Below, piece after piece: positions 10,510 to 20,459 of a stretch of 64,000 nucleotides of DNA. The DNA lies in the NCBI GenBank assembly GCA_050250255.1, contig JBFWOZ010000003.1, positions 32,001 through 96,000 of the forward strand, written 5' to 3'. The position numbers and the translations under genes are program-made. Position 1 is the first letter of the stretch, and every line of letters begins with the position of its first letter. Below the pieces are notes generated by a model. It was given only the letters and a program-made list of their open reading frames with translations, was not told the origin of the DNA and did no database searches. The DNA comes from Bdellovibrionales bacterium (GTDB lineage Bacteria > Bdellovibrionota > Bdellovibrionia > Bdellovibrionales > DASUEL01).

Positions 10510-11111
10510 TAACAGTACGCAGATCTTTCCATTGCATTGATAGCATCGTCGAGTCGGAAGTAACATTGGTTATTAACGATGACTCCTTGGTAAGCAACAC
10601 CGTAGCTTGTTTCACACCAACGGTTGTTTCTATCACGAACTTTGGGTTGCAGGATTTCACAATTTCGAGTGCGACTAAATTTGTTACATGAAGTAGTGAT
10701 TCGCATTTGCTCTAGAGCGCGATCAATATTTGTGAAACAGGCGTTGTCGACGATGTAACCGCCATAGGTAAATGCATGGCCTGTTGGACAAAAACGCTGA
10801 CTGTAATCTCTTCTGGTTGGTGGGAGAAGTTCGCAATAACCCTCACGAGCGGGAGGTGGATAAGAGCAAGCTCTCAAAAAACGTCGAGCGTCGTAGGCTC
10901 CTTGAATTGTGCTGTGACAGGCATTGTCTACGATGTAGCCATCATAGATGACTCCGTAACCTTGGGTGCAGTAGCGGCCAGTGATATCTCTTTGGCCAGG
11001 CTGTGTGAGTTGGCAGTAATTGTACTGATCTACTTCGTCAGCCGCAACACTTGGCTGAGTCGCTATGAGTGTGATTATAAAAACAAAAAAAGTTGATAAA
11101 AAAGTCGTCAT
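10506..11111 (-). CDS. Secreted protein made of three Cys-rich repeats
   Basis: RBS AAGGAG before ATG 11111, signal peptide, three units with identical C-x14-C-x16-C-x16-C spacing. Confidence 0.85.
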   Translation of the reverse strand: MTTFLSTFFVFIITLIATQPSVAADEVDQYNYCQLTQPGQRDITGRYCTQGYGVIYDGYIVDNACHSTIQGAYDARRFLRACSYPPPAREGYCELLPPTRRDYSQRFCPTGHAFTYGGYIVDNACFTNIDRALEQMRITTSCNKFSRTRNCEILQPKVRDRNNRWCETSYGVAYQGVIVNNQCYFRLDDAINAMERSAYCY

Positions 11112-11251
11112 AAAAGTCTCCTTGTTGAGAGGAGAGTTTATCGAGTTTCTCTCGGGGGAATTCAATAAGAAAAAAATGGTAGCAGAAAGAAACTGTTCCT
11201 CGTAGTCATAATGGCTCTGAAAAATTTGGCGGGATTATTTAAGCTTCTCTA

Positions 11252-13633
11252 TTAGTTGCGATAACGATCAAAGGAGCTGGAGTTCATAGTACGCGCGCCG
11301 CTTCCATAGTTGATGGTGAAGGCAAAGCCGTACTTTGTTTCGCTTCCTGAATCGTTAATAGGATGATCTTCAAACCATGTGAATCCCCAGCAATCCCCTG
11401 GTGGAATGATGTCAATCACGTAATTAAAGTTGGTGAGGCGTCCGCTAGTTGTTGAAAAGTTCAGTCCACCTGCAACTTGAAAGTATTTTGATTTATAGCC
11501 AATGGCGGGGGTTACGTTCTGACTGTAGTTTAAAACATCAGAATGAGTGGCATACCGGAAAGGATATGAGGTGGCGTTTGGTTGGTAGAGCGTCTTCTTG
11601 ATTTGAAATTCATGGGCTGTATTGATTTGTAAAAAATTACGACCAAAATTATAGCGTACGCGCGAAGAAAAAGCGGTGATGTTGTCATAGTGGTAGTAGC
11701 GGGCCGTACTGTTGCTTTCGAGATATCCCAAACGCAAATCGAGAATACCGTACAGAGGTCCGTAAGGCTCGAGAGCTTCACCCTCTTTATGTTCCCTTGA
11801 CGCTTCGTAATTATCATAGGGTTGAGAGAGAGTGAAGTTGGCAAGGCGGTAATAGTTAGAGCTTTCTTCATTTCCCGTTCGACGAGTGAAAATATTGGTG
11901 AGGTTAAAGGTTGTAATGTGACGATCATACAATCTGTCATAGTCATCAAATTGGGGGAAGTCGGAATTGCTCAGGGCTTGCTCACGTTTGAAGAATGGTT
12001 CGTTCTCACCGAAAAAAGGATGGGGCGGTTGATCCAGCCACGGAATATTTGTGTAGACAAGCTCAGGCTGTACTTCGTGTTTGTATCTTGTTGCTTTGGG
12101 GTTTTCTCGGTCACCTAAAATCGTAGCAAATTGAGTGCGTCCAGAAATAGTTCCTCTTACATACCGGCGAGAAGCCGAAGGTTGATCAGTGATTCCAAAT
12201 TGGTAATTGCTCTCGAGATAAGAAATGGAAGGAAGCAGGTCGAGATATCGACCGGCGTGTAGAGGATAACTTAATCGTGGTTCAAATTCAGCTCGCTGAC
12301 CAGCTCGAATCAAGTCGGTATTAGGGTCAAACACTTGTGGGTTGGTAGCATTTTTGTTCACGGTTGGGGGAGTGGCGCGTCTTCCGGTCACGGGGTTGAC
12401 GTTGAGTTTATCAAAGTTTCCAGAGCTACGAGCAAAGTTCGTATACCGACCTTCCATTTCGAAAAGCATATCTCCTACAACTTTTTGTGGAGCGAAAGTA
12501 TATTTGATGCTGGGATAGCGGTGAACAGACTCGGAATCTCCAGAGAGCGGGTCTGCGGCCAGAAGGTTTTTATGGTGACTGGCTTCGATGCTGACATGAT
12601 GGTTGTCAGAATTTTTTGTAAGAGAGGCCTTGCTTACTAAAGCTGGGTCTCCATGCCCTCGAATATCTCCGGGGAAATCACGAGGGTATTTCGTATCGGT
12701 AACGTAATTGATTTGTGTTCGTTGAACGTAATTATTGGGAAGATCATAATAGTGACGATACTTAAAAAGGTATCGTGGGATATGCTGACCTTGACGGTCA
12801 GAGAGTTCATCAGGCGTAGCAAAACCTTTATCTCTTAAAAAAGAAGTATCAAGTTCTCCAAGACTTCTGTCTGTGAGCATATATCGATAATTGAGATGTC
12901 CTTTCGGACCCCTTCCCTGGTAGTTTTCAAAAGTCCACGTGGAGTCTGTGCTATCAGACATCGCCCAGAAGAAAGATTGGGAATAGACGAATCGCGACTG
13001 ATTTCCGTAATAAAGTTGCGGGAAGAGAAGACCTGATTTTCTTTGAGTGTTTATGGGAACCATCAAATAAGGAAGCCAAAAAATGGGAACCCCAGAGATG
13101 TACATGACGGGATTCCAAATGTGGGCGTAGTCACCCATAGTCGCGCGGATGCTGGAACCGCGAAACTTCCAGGATGCGGGACAAGTGTTACATGCCGTAA
13201 ACTCTCCCGAGCGGACGATGTACTCGTCGTCGCCAATTTTTTCAATGACCTCGCCGGTGAACTGAATCTGTGCACCTTTTTCGACGTAGGCGTTATAAAC
13301 AATCCCCTTGTTGGTCTCATAGTTAAAGGTTCCGTGAGTGCCGATCGCTTTTGAAAGGGGACTGATGAGAGAAAGATCTCCCGTAGCTTCAATCGTTTTT
13401 GTTTTTACGTTCACAGTGGCTTGATTGGCGCGAATGTGTTGGTTTTTAAAAACCAACTGCACGTTACCCTTTAAGAAAATCATTTGTTTTTTTGTGTCTC
13501 GTACCATGGAGTCAGCGTTGAGAAGCATGGACTCCACTTTTGAAGACACTTGCGCATTGCCATGTATGGAAAAGCCAAGGACAGCGAGAAAAACAAAATA
13601 TATGAACGTGCCTCTAAAACACAAAATTGTCAT
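11252..13633 (-). CDS. lptD: LPS-assembly outer membrane protein LptD (start uncertain)
   Basis: OstA-like N-terminus, FTACNTCPASW, VPIFWLPY, RKSGLLFP, beta-barrel body, C-terminal DCWG. Confidence 0.88.
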   Translation of the reverse strand: MTILCFRGTFIYFVFLAVLGFSIHGNAQVSSKVESMLLNADSMVRDTKKQMIFLKGNVQLVFKNQHIRANQATVNVKTKTIEATGDLSLISPLSKAIGTHGTFNYETNKGIVYNAYVEKGAQIQFTGEVIEKIGDDEYIVRSGEFTACNTCPASWKFRGSSIRATMGDYAHIWNPVMYISGVPIFWLPYLMVPINTQRKSGLLFPQLYYGNQSRFVYSQSFFWAMSDSTDSTWTFENYQGRGPKGHLNYRYMLTDRSLGELDTSFLRDKGFATPDELSDRQGQHIPRYLFKYRHYYDLPNNYVQRTQINYVTDTKYPRDFPGDIRGHGDPALVSKASLTKNSDNHHVSIEASHHKNLLAADPLSGDSESVHRYPSIKYTFAPQKVVGDMLFEMEGRYTNFARSSGNFDKLNVNPVTGRRATPPTVNKNATNPQVFDPNTDLIRAGQRAEFEPRLSYPLHAGRYLDLLPSISYLESNYQFGITDQPSASRRYVRGTISGRTQFATILGDRENPKATRYKHEVQPELVYTNIPWLDQPPHPFFGENEPFFKREQALSNSDFPQFDDYDRLYDRHITTFNLTNIFTRRTGNEESSNYYRLANFTLSQPYDNYEASREHKEGEALEPYGPLYGILDLRLGYLESNSTARYYHYDNITAFSSRVRYNFGRNFLQINTAHEFQIKKTLYQPNATSYPFRYATHSDVLNYSQNVTPAIGYKSKYFQVAGGLNFSTTSGRLTNFNYVIDIIPPGDCWGFTWFEDHPINDSGSETKYGFAFTINYGSGARTMNSSSFDRYRN

Positions 13634-14396
13634 CTTGTCTAAGAAGCTGAATTCTTTTTGCTGCATGACTTGTTTTGGCTCGCTTATAAAACTCATCCAT
13701 GAGTTCATCAAAAAATTGAGGTTTAAAATGTGCAATGTAGATGGGAACTTCTTTGTTATCGATTTTATTCAGTTCATTTAACAATTGGGCAGTCGTGAAG
13801 TGACCAGAAGCTTTTGCTAACGAATCAAGGCGGGTAGGAAATGAAATTTCTGTAAAAATCGCTTTTAAATTAGGGCATTGATTGGCAGCCATCCAGAGGG
13901 CGTCAGTCGGTCCTGTATCTCCGCTAAAAACAATTTGAGATTTGCCATCATCTAAGATGAAGCCGACAGCATGTGCAGGATGATTCACCTTTTCATGATG
14001 AATTTTGATACCATGAATGTTGAATTCTTTTTCAAGAGGTTCGAAATGGAGAAGCGTTTTGGTGCGTGCGGTATCAACATAGATTTTAGAAAAATCAGGC
14101 CAGAGGACATTGTTAAAAAGATGTTTATGAATGTCTTCGAGGATCACCGATGTTGAACGTAGTACGAGTGGTTTACGATCTTTATGGAAAGAATTTTCGA
14201 TGAGAAAGCAGATGTCTTTTACATGATCAATGTGTGGGTGTGTGATGAGAATGTGCTCAATTTTGCCTTGCTCTTCTAATGTCAATGAAGAGGCCGCAGA
14301 ACCACAATCGATGAGAAAATCATCGTTGATCATGTAACAACTTGTTCTGTAGCCAGGAGCTGTGCCGCCATGGCTTCCAATGATTCTTACATTCAT
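13614..14396 (-). CDS. Class II 3',5'-cyclic nucleotide phosphodiesterase (MBL fold)
   Basis: IIGSHGG, LIDCG, THPHIDH, VNHPAH, SGDTGPT, EISFP, SGH, AHFKP. Confidence 0.85.
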   Translation of the reverse strand: MNVRIIGSHGGTAPGYRTSCYMINDDFLIDCGSAASSLTLEEQGKIEHILITHPHIDHVKDICFLIENSFHKDRKPLVLRSTSVILEDIHKHLFNNVLWPDFSKIYVDTARTKTLLHFEPLEKEFNIHGIKIHHEKVNHPAHAVGFILDDGKSQIVFSGDTGPTDALWMAANQCPNLKAIFTEISFPTRLDSLAKASGHFTTAQLLNELNKIDNKEVPIYIAHFKPQFFDELMDEFYKRAKTSHAAKRIQLLRQDDNFVF

Positions 14397-14447
14397 CCCT
14401 CATTTATTAGGCAACGAGGGTGAGCGTCTGTCAACAAATCCCCAGTG

Positions 14448-17120
14448 CTATTTCGTCTTCATTTCGTACACGCCGTCCCAGTCTGGAGGAGGGGGGCTTT
14501 CCTTGTACTCAGTTGTGCGTTCGAGATAGAGCTTAGAGGGATTATCGTCAGGGTTGATTTTCAATGCATTTGCGAAATGCACGTGAGCTTCATCCCAATT
14601 TTTCTCGTGATATTGTTTAAAACCCTTCTCAAACTCCTCGAGCATAGGCAGTGCTTTGCACTCCTTGGATTTTGGAGCAATCAGCTCGTAAATTTTTACG
14701 GGTTGCATCTTGCCTTTAACTCGTACCCAATCGACTTCCCGAGCTATAAAGTCATTTTTCACTTCTTCGTACGTAAATTCGCTGATGATAATACGTGTTC
14801 CGTATTGCTTATTAATACTTTCAAGACGAGAGCCCAGATTTACCGCGTCCCCCATGACCGTGTAGCTTCTCACGGTTTCTGAACCCATGTTACCAACACT
14901 CATTTCTCCAGTGTTGAGACCGATTCCGACATCGATAGTGGGGAGGCCCATCGCTTTGAATTCCTGATTGAGCTTAGGAAGCAAATCAATCATATCAATG
15001 GCACATTGGCAGGCCTTCTTTGCGTGGTCTGGATAAGGAATCGGCGCTCCAAAAAACGCCATGATGGCATCGCCCATATATTTATCAAGAGTACCGTCAT
15101 TTTTAAAAACCAGCGCTGTCATAGGCGTTAAATATTTATTTAAAACATCAGAAAGTACTCGGGGATCGAGTTTCTCAGAAATAGTAGTAAAGCCACGCAA
15201 ATCAGAAAAGATCACTGTCATGCGCTGCTTTTTTCCACCCAAATTGATGTTATCTGGGTGCTTTAAAACCTCAGCAACAATGGCGGGCGAAACGTATTTT
15301 TCAAAAGTGCCTCTCATCGCCTTCTTTTTACGCTCTTCAGTAAGATATTTGTAAAAAGTGAGCATCACGTACATTGTAAAAACCATCATGAGTGGAAGAA
15401 TGACGGCGACAATGATACCGGCCTTGAAGAGGTAGAAGCGATCGACGAAGTAAATAGCTCCGACAGTACCTGCTGTCACAAGCAGCCCCTGAACAGCTCC
15501 TAAATGAGAAAGTGCGAAGCTTAAAATAAGGCCCATGATAGCTAACGCCATCAGCATTTTAGGGCCTTCACTGTGATGATTCACGAGAAAATCAGATCTC
15601 AACATATTGTCGATGAGGTTGGCGTGAGTTTCTACTCCAGGATAATTTTCGGAAAAAGGTGTGACACGAAGATCGTAAGTGCCGGTAGAGGTGGCGCCAA
15701 AAATAAGGATTTTATTTTTTAAGAAATCGGCTTTCTTAACCACTTGTTGAATAACCTTGTCGCCTTGTCGAATGCTAATGTTGGCATCATCACGTTTATT
15801 AAAAAGTTCATAGATGCTCATGTGCGGGAACATGTGATCGCTTCCGGCATAGTTGATTAAAAGTCGACCTTGGCCATCAACGGGAAGAGTTTGTACTTCA
15901 GTGCCTTCGCTATCAATGAGTGCAAGTTTCGAAACGATTTTGGAGGCGGGATCCGTAGGATCTTGCTCTAAAGTGATCATAGCGTTGAGATCTTTTGCGA
16001 GGAGAACGGATTTGAGTGCGAGAGAGCTCATAAAGAGACCACCGTAACGAACCAGAACACCACTTCGACGAACGGTTCCGTCTCCGTCTAGCGTGGCATT
16101 GAAATAGGCCGTATGTTTTGCGCCCTCGTTAATGACGGAGAGGTTGGTCCACCATCGACCTGTACGATGAACGGTATTATTAAGACTAGAGGTTTTAATT
16201 CGGTGAACGGCTTCATCAAAGTTGAGTTCCGCCCATCCCTCGATGCCTGTACGTAATTGTGGCCAAGACAAAGCGAGTTGTTCGTACATCTCATCTTTGT
16301 GTTCGCCTGTAGAAATGAGCCAACGATCACAATAGGCTGTTTGCGCTTTCCCGATAGCCTGAGGCAATTCTTCTGGGTTTTTGTTTTCCTCAGCCCATTG
16401 TTTGGTCACATGAGTTTCAATATCTGTAAAACGCTGTTGTAAGAAAGCTTTGAAAGCTTCAGGTATTGCAAAAGTATCTTGATCAACCGCGATGACGGGT
16501 TTTTCTTCTTTTTCCAGATGTGCATATTGAGGAGTTTTTTCTGCCAAAAGATTTCCACAAAATTCCTGATAAGGGTAGTAACTATCAGAAGGTTCGTCGT
16601 AGTAAGAACCCATGACAAGGTGGCTCGATTGTTTTTCAACCGTACGTGCGAGAACCCAATCCGTGTTTGCTTTTGATAATTCTTGGTCGATGAGCTCGTT
16701 GAGTTCGCTATTCACGAGTTTCGACTCTTTGATTTTTGAAAGTGAAAGGGTTGCTTGATTTTTATCTGGCTCTACAAAAACGGCATCGAAGGCCACAACT
16801 TTGGCTCCATAGCTGACAAGAAGATCAATGATCTCTGCTATTTTACCTCTTGGCCATGGCCATCGACCGATCTTTTCCTCCGAGAGTTCATCAACAGCGA
16901 TAATTGCAACATCCGTTGAGCCGGGCCGTGGTCCACGGTCGTTCAAGCGGATATCGATGGATTTTTGATGCATTTCTGTTAAACGCTGTAAAACCCAACT
17001 TGAAGAATGAGTGTCGACATAAAATTGAAAACCCATCCAGAGAAAAATAAAAGTAATGATGAGTCCTAATTTAAAGGCGGAGGGTGTAAATAATTTTGTA
17101 ATAAATAATTTCATATCCAC
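14448..17120 (-). CDS. CHASE2-domain class III adenylate cyclase with C-terminal TPR
   Basis: GRWPWPR, DGDGTVRR, INY, PGVETHA (CHASE2); 3 TM; FSDLRGFT, DKYMGDAIMA, YTVMGDAVNLGSRLE. Confidence 0.93.
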   Translation of the reverse strand: MDMKLFITKLFTPSAFKLGLIITFIFLWMGFQFYVDTHSSSWVLQRLTEMHQKSIDIRLNDRGPRPGSTDVAIIAVDELSEEKIGRWPWPRGKIAEIIDLLVSYGAKVVAFDAVFVEPDKNQATLSLSKIKESKLVNSELNELIDQELSKANTDWVLARTVEKQSSHLVMGSYYDEPSDSYYPYQEFCGNLLAEKTPQYAHLEKEEKPVIAVDQDTFAIPEAFKAFLQQRFTDIETHVTKQWAEENKNPEELPQAIGKAQTAYCDRWLISTGEHKDEMYEQLALSWPQLRTGIEGWAELNFDEAVHRIKTSSLNNTVHRTGRWWTNLSVINEGAKHTAYFNATLDGDGTVRRSGVLVRYGGLFMSSLALKSVLLAKDLNAMITLEQDPTDPASKIVSKLALIDSEGTEVQTLPVDGQGRLLINYAGSDHMFPHMSIYELFNKRDDANISIRQGDKVIQQVVKKADFLKNKILIFGATSTGTYDLRVTPFSENYPGVETHANLIDNMLRSDFLVNHHSEGPKMLMALAIMGLILSFALSHLGAVQGLLVTAGTVGAIYFVDRFYLFKAGIIVAVILPLMMVFTMYVMLTFYKYLTEERKKKAMRGTFEKYVSPAIVAEVLKHPDNINLGGKKQRMTVIFSDLRGFTTISEKLDPRVLSDVLNKYLTPMTALVFKNDGTLDKYMGDAIMAFFGAPIPYPDHAKKACQCAIDMIDLLPKLNQEFKAMGLPTIDVGIGLNTGEMSVGNMGSETVRSYTVMGDAVNLGSRLESINKQYGTRIIISEFTYEEVKNDFIAREVDWVRVKGKMQPVKIYELIAPKSKECKALPMLEEFEKGFKQYHEKNWDEAHVHFANALKINPDDNPSKLYLERTTEYKESPPPPDWDGVYEMKTK

Positions 17121-17121
17121 A

Positions 17122-17973
17122 TCACTTCTTTTTCGTTTCGTTGGATTTCTTTAATGCTAATATTTTTGAGTAGATTGTCTTTCTATTCATTTTCGTTCGA
17201 GACTGAGCCGCTTTCAAGATATCTTGATGTGACAAACCCTCTCGTAGCTGTGAGTCTAGCCATTGGTCGAAGTCTTTGTCTGTCGTCTCATTTGCCACTG
17301 GTGCGTAAATAAAAACAAATTCTCCTTTGGGAGGCTTTTCTTCAAAATGCGCGAGGTGTTCGGAGATATTTGCAAATAAAAATTCTTCGAATTTTTTTGT
17401 CATTTCACGTGCGATAAAGAGTGGAGAGTCGCCAAATATTTCTAGGGCCTCTTGAAGATGCTCTACGACTCGATGAGGAGATTCAAACACCACAAAACGA
17501 TGTTCTAATGTAGAGAGTTTTTTAAAAAATTTTTTTCTTTCACCTGATTTTGAGGGGACGAAACCAAAAAACGAATGGGCGGCGCCACCGATCGGGCATA
17601 CGCTGAGAGCGGCCATGACGGAACTTGGACCAGGCACAGGGACCACTCGGATTCCTTCCTTGTAGCAGAGTTCTAAGATGTTGTGTGAAGGGTCGGAAAC
17701 TCCAGGTGTGCCAGCATCTGAGACCAAAGCAACGGACTGTCCTTGCTTGAGAAGTTGAATCAATCCAAGCGCCGAGTTTCTTTCGTTGTGATCATGGTAG
17801 CTAACGACCTTTTTGACTTTGATTCCTAGTTCATTTGCCAGCGTTTTGAAAACGCGCGTATCTTCTGCGGCAATGACATCGACATCAGAGAGCAGGCTTT
17901 TAGCCCTGGGACTTAAATCTAGATTTTGTCCGATAGGTGTAGAGATTACGTAGAGTTGATTCTGTGCAACCAT
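17122..17973 (-). CDS. rsmI: 16S rRNA C1402 2'-O-methyltransferase
   Basis: LYVISTPIG, AAEDTR, LVSDAGTPGVSDP, VPGPSS, FESPHR, REMTKKFEE. Confidence 0.95.
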   Translation of the reverse strand: MVAQNQLYVISTPIGQNLDLSPRAKSLLSDVDVIAAEDTRVFKTLANELGIKVKKVVSYHDHNERNSALGLIQLLKQGQSVALVSDAGTPGVSDPSHNILELCYKEGIRVVPVPGPSSVMAALSVCPIGGAAHSFFGFVPSKSGERKKFFKKLSTLEHRFVVFESPHRVVEHLQEALEIFGDSPLFIAREMTKKFEEFLFANISEHLAHFEEKPPKGEFVFIYAPVANETTDKDFDQWLDSQLREGLSHQDILKAAQSRTKMNRKTIYSKILALKKSNETKKK

Positions 17974-18096
17974 ATGAGTTATCAAAACCTAGCCTTTGTA
18001 TTCATTGTCCCATTAAACCTGCAGGATATAATGAAAGTTATCGACACTTCTGCTCGGAAAAATAAGCTGTCGCGAGGAAAAATAAGGGGAGGCCTA

Positions 18097-18531
18097 ATGG
18101 TCGCAGAAATATCCAAAAGAGGCGAAATCACAATTGTGCGTTTAAAGGGACGATTGGATTTTGAAACACCTGAGCCTTTTAAGAGAACCTGCCTTGCGAA
18201 GTTGAAGAATGAAAAAGTGGTTTTTAATCTTCAGGAACTCAACTTTGTAGGATCATGTGGGATTACGATCTTTCTAGATTTGCTCAATGAATTTTCTACG
18301 AGCAATAGTGTGAAACCTAAATTTTGTGGTTTAAATTCGGAGTTTCGTCGTCTGTTTTTGAGTATCCATAACGGACCTGTCGAGATTTATGATGATCAAG
18401 TGAAGGCTCTGAGCGCGTTTGACCTTGCCGTTTCCGTAATCGATTTTGCTTCTCAGCAAATTGCAGAAACCGCGGAGTGGACTGAAGATGAAGAAAAAGA
18501 CTTCATAGAGGACCCCATTCAACCTGTCTAA
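18097..18531 (+). CDS. STAS-domain anti-sigma factor antagonist
   Basis: LKGRLD, LNFVGSCGI; RBS GGAGG before ATG 18097; acidic tail. Confidence 0.8.
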   Translation: MVAEISKRGEITIVRLKGRLDFETPEPFKRTCLAKLKNEKVVFNLQELNFVGSCGITIFLDLLNEFSTSNSVKPKFCGLNSEFRRLFLSIHNGPVEIYDDQVKALSAFDLAVSVIDFASQQIAETAEWTEDEEKDFIEDPIQPV

Positions 18532-18771
18532 TTACTGACAAAAATAAGTAGATTTTGAAACGTGATTTCCCTGGGCTGTCTGGCTGCAAGATTTGAAAAA
18601 GCGGTCAGGTGAACCAGTGGGTGCTCGAGTAGGGTATTGTGTATCCGTTCGAAATCTGTCGTTCAAGGATGTCACAGGGTCATAAGGTTCAGCTGCTTTT
18701 TCTGAGCTAGAACAGGCGGTGAAAGCCAATTGGACGAGAAAAAAGGTAAAAATCAGTTTCCCTAAGTGCAT
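18532..18771 (-). CDS. Small hypothetical lipoprotein
   Basis: Lipobox FTAC; two further Cys; sigma28-like promoter directly upstream. Confidence 0.65.
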   Translation of the reverse strand: MHLGKLIFTFFLVQLAFTACSSSEKAAEPYDPVTSLNDRFRTDTQYPTRAPTGSPDRFFKSCSQTAQGNHVSKSTYFCQ

Positions 18772-18778
18772 ATCTTTT

Positions 18779-18806
18779 CTATCGGTGAATTATGAAGAAA
18801 TCTTTG
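18779..18806 (-). promoter_or_regulatory. Sigma28 (FliA)-like promoter
   Basis: CAAA(G)-N16-ACCGATAG ending 7 nt before ATG 18771. Confidence 0.55.
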
Positions 18807-18839
18807 CTTGGCCCCCTCTAAAAATGGTATGAATAGAGC

Positions 18840-19775
18840 ATGTTTTTGCAACGAACTATCCGAGAGCCTATCAAAGTAGAGGGTATCGGACTCCATACGG
18901 GAAAAAAAGTCGGCCTCACCTTTCGTCCAGCGCCAGCTAATGCGGGTGTTCATTTTGTCCGTGCCGATTTGCCTCATAAACCGACTCTTGCAGTTCATGT
19001 TAAAAATATCACGGCGACGTCTCAGGCAACAACTCTTGGCGGTCCTGATTTTTCTGTAGCGACTGTGGAACATTGTCTTGCTGCACTTGCAGTTTTACGT
19101 ATTGATAATTTGATTATTGAATTGATGGGCGAAGAAATCCCGATCGGTGATGGAAGTGCCTGGGTGTTTTGGAATGCTCTTAAAAACGTCGGACTCATCG
19201 AACAAGAGCAACCTAGAAAATATCTCTACATTACAAAAACAATCTATCTTGGAAACGAAGAACGTCACGCGTACATCATGCCTTACAATGGCCTAAGAGT
19301 GACATGCACGATTGATTTCCCACATCCACGTATTCGCACTCAGTATATTGATTTGGACATTAATCAGAACTCTTTTGAAACGCAGCTCTCGCGTGCGCGT
19401 ACTTTTGGTTTCTTAAAAGATGTTGAATATCTTCAATCAAGAGGATTGGCGCTCGGTGGTAGTTTAGACAATGCCATTGTTCTTGATGATATGAACATTA
19501 TAAATCCAGGCGGATTACATTATCCTGATGAATTTGTCCGTCATAAGGCGATGGATGCGTTAGGTGATATCGTAACTCTTGGGCAACCTTTGATGGGACA
19601 TCTTGTTCTTTACAAAGCCGGTCATGATCTTATGAGTCGTTTTGTGAAAAAGGTTTTAGAAACTACGGACTCCTACGTAATGAAAGAATTAGGAACGGAT
19701 CTTGTTGTGGATGATGATGGCCGTTCTGCATGGGCTTCAAAATCCAATAGTGAGTTAGGTTCGTACACCGATTAA
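18840..19775 (+). CDS. lpxC: UDP-3-O-acyl-GlcNAc deacetylase
   Basis: QRTI, GIGLHTG, TVEHCLAA, PIGDGSA, SRARTFGF, EFVRHKAMDALGD, KAGH. Confidence 0.97.
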   Translation: MFLQRTIREPIKVEGIGLHTGKKVGLTFRPAPANAGVHFVRADLPHKPTLAVHVKNITATSQATTLGGPDFSVATVEHCLAALAVLRIDNLIIELMGEEIPIGDGSAWVFWNALKNVGLIEQEQPRKYLYITKTIYLGNEERHAYIMPYNGLRVTCTIDFPHPRIRTQYIDLDINQNSFETQLSRARTFGFLKDVEYLQSRGLALGGSLDNAIVLDDMNIINPGGLHYPDEFVRHKAMDALGDIVTLGQPLMGHLVLYKAGHDLMSRFVKKVLETTDSYVMKELGTDLVVDDDGRSAWASKSNSELGSYTD

Positions 19776-19781
19776 GCTTCC

Positions 19782-20459
19782 ATGGAAGAATACGAATATT
19801 CAGCTCGTGATATCGCATACATTGGATTACCTTTTAATGCGCCCACTCTTCTCAAAATGTATTCCCAGGGAATTTTTCCTTGGCCTCACGAAGACGAGCC
19901 AAGTTTATGGTTTGCTCCCCAGAAAAGGGGCATTCTTTCTTTCGATGAACTTCATATTCCCTCTAGCCTTATAAAAAAAATTAAAAAACAGAATTTCACT
20001 TTTTCCTGCAATCAAAACTTTGAAGCGGTTATGAGAGCTTGTGCCGAACGCAGCCGAAAAAATCAATCTGGCACTTGGATTATTGAAGAACTGATTCCCG
20101 CTTACTGTGAGTTGCAGAAGAAGGGCTACGCCTTAAGCCTGGAGTGCTGGCGAGATCAGGAACTTATAGGCGGAATTTATGGCGTCTGGATTCAAAATTA
20201 TTTCAGTGCCGAAAGTATGTTTGGCTTAGAAAGTGATGTCTCAAAGTTGTGTTTATTAAAGCTCATTTCACTCTTGCAATGGTCTGGGTCGGAATGGCTC
20301 GATATCCAAATGGTGACCTCTGTGACGCATCAATTTGGGGGACGGTATGTTTCTAAAAAAGACTTCACAAGAATGCTTTTACAAGCTCTCAAAAGTTCGC
20401 CAAAATTAGGGAGTAGCCTAAATATTAATGAATTGCCATGGCCGGCGAGTGTGAAATGA
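19782..20459 (+). CDS. aat: Leucyl/phenylalanyl-tRNA-protein transferase
   Basis: YSQGIFPW, GTWI, LIGGIYGV, FSAESMF, DVSK, LDIQ. Confidence 0.93.
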   Translation: MEEYEYSARDIAYIGLPFNAPTLLKMYSQGIFPWPHEDEPSLWFAPQKRGILSFDELHIPSSLIKKIKKQNFTFSCNQNFEAVMRACAERSRKNQSGTWIIEELIPAYCELQKKGYALSLECWRDQELIGGIYGVWIQNYFSAESMFGLESDVSKLCLLKLISLLQWSGSEWLDIQMVTSVTHQFGGRYVSKKDFTRMLLQALKSSPKLGSSLNINELPWPASVK

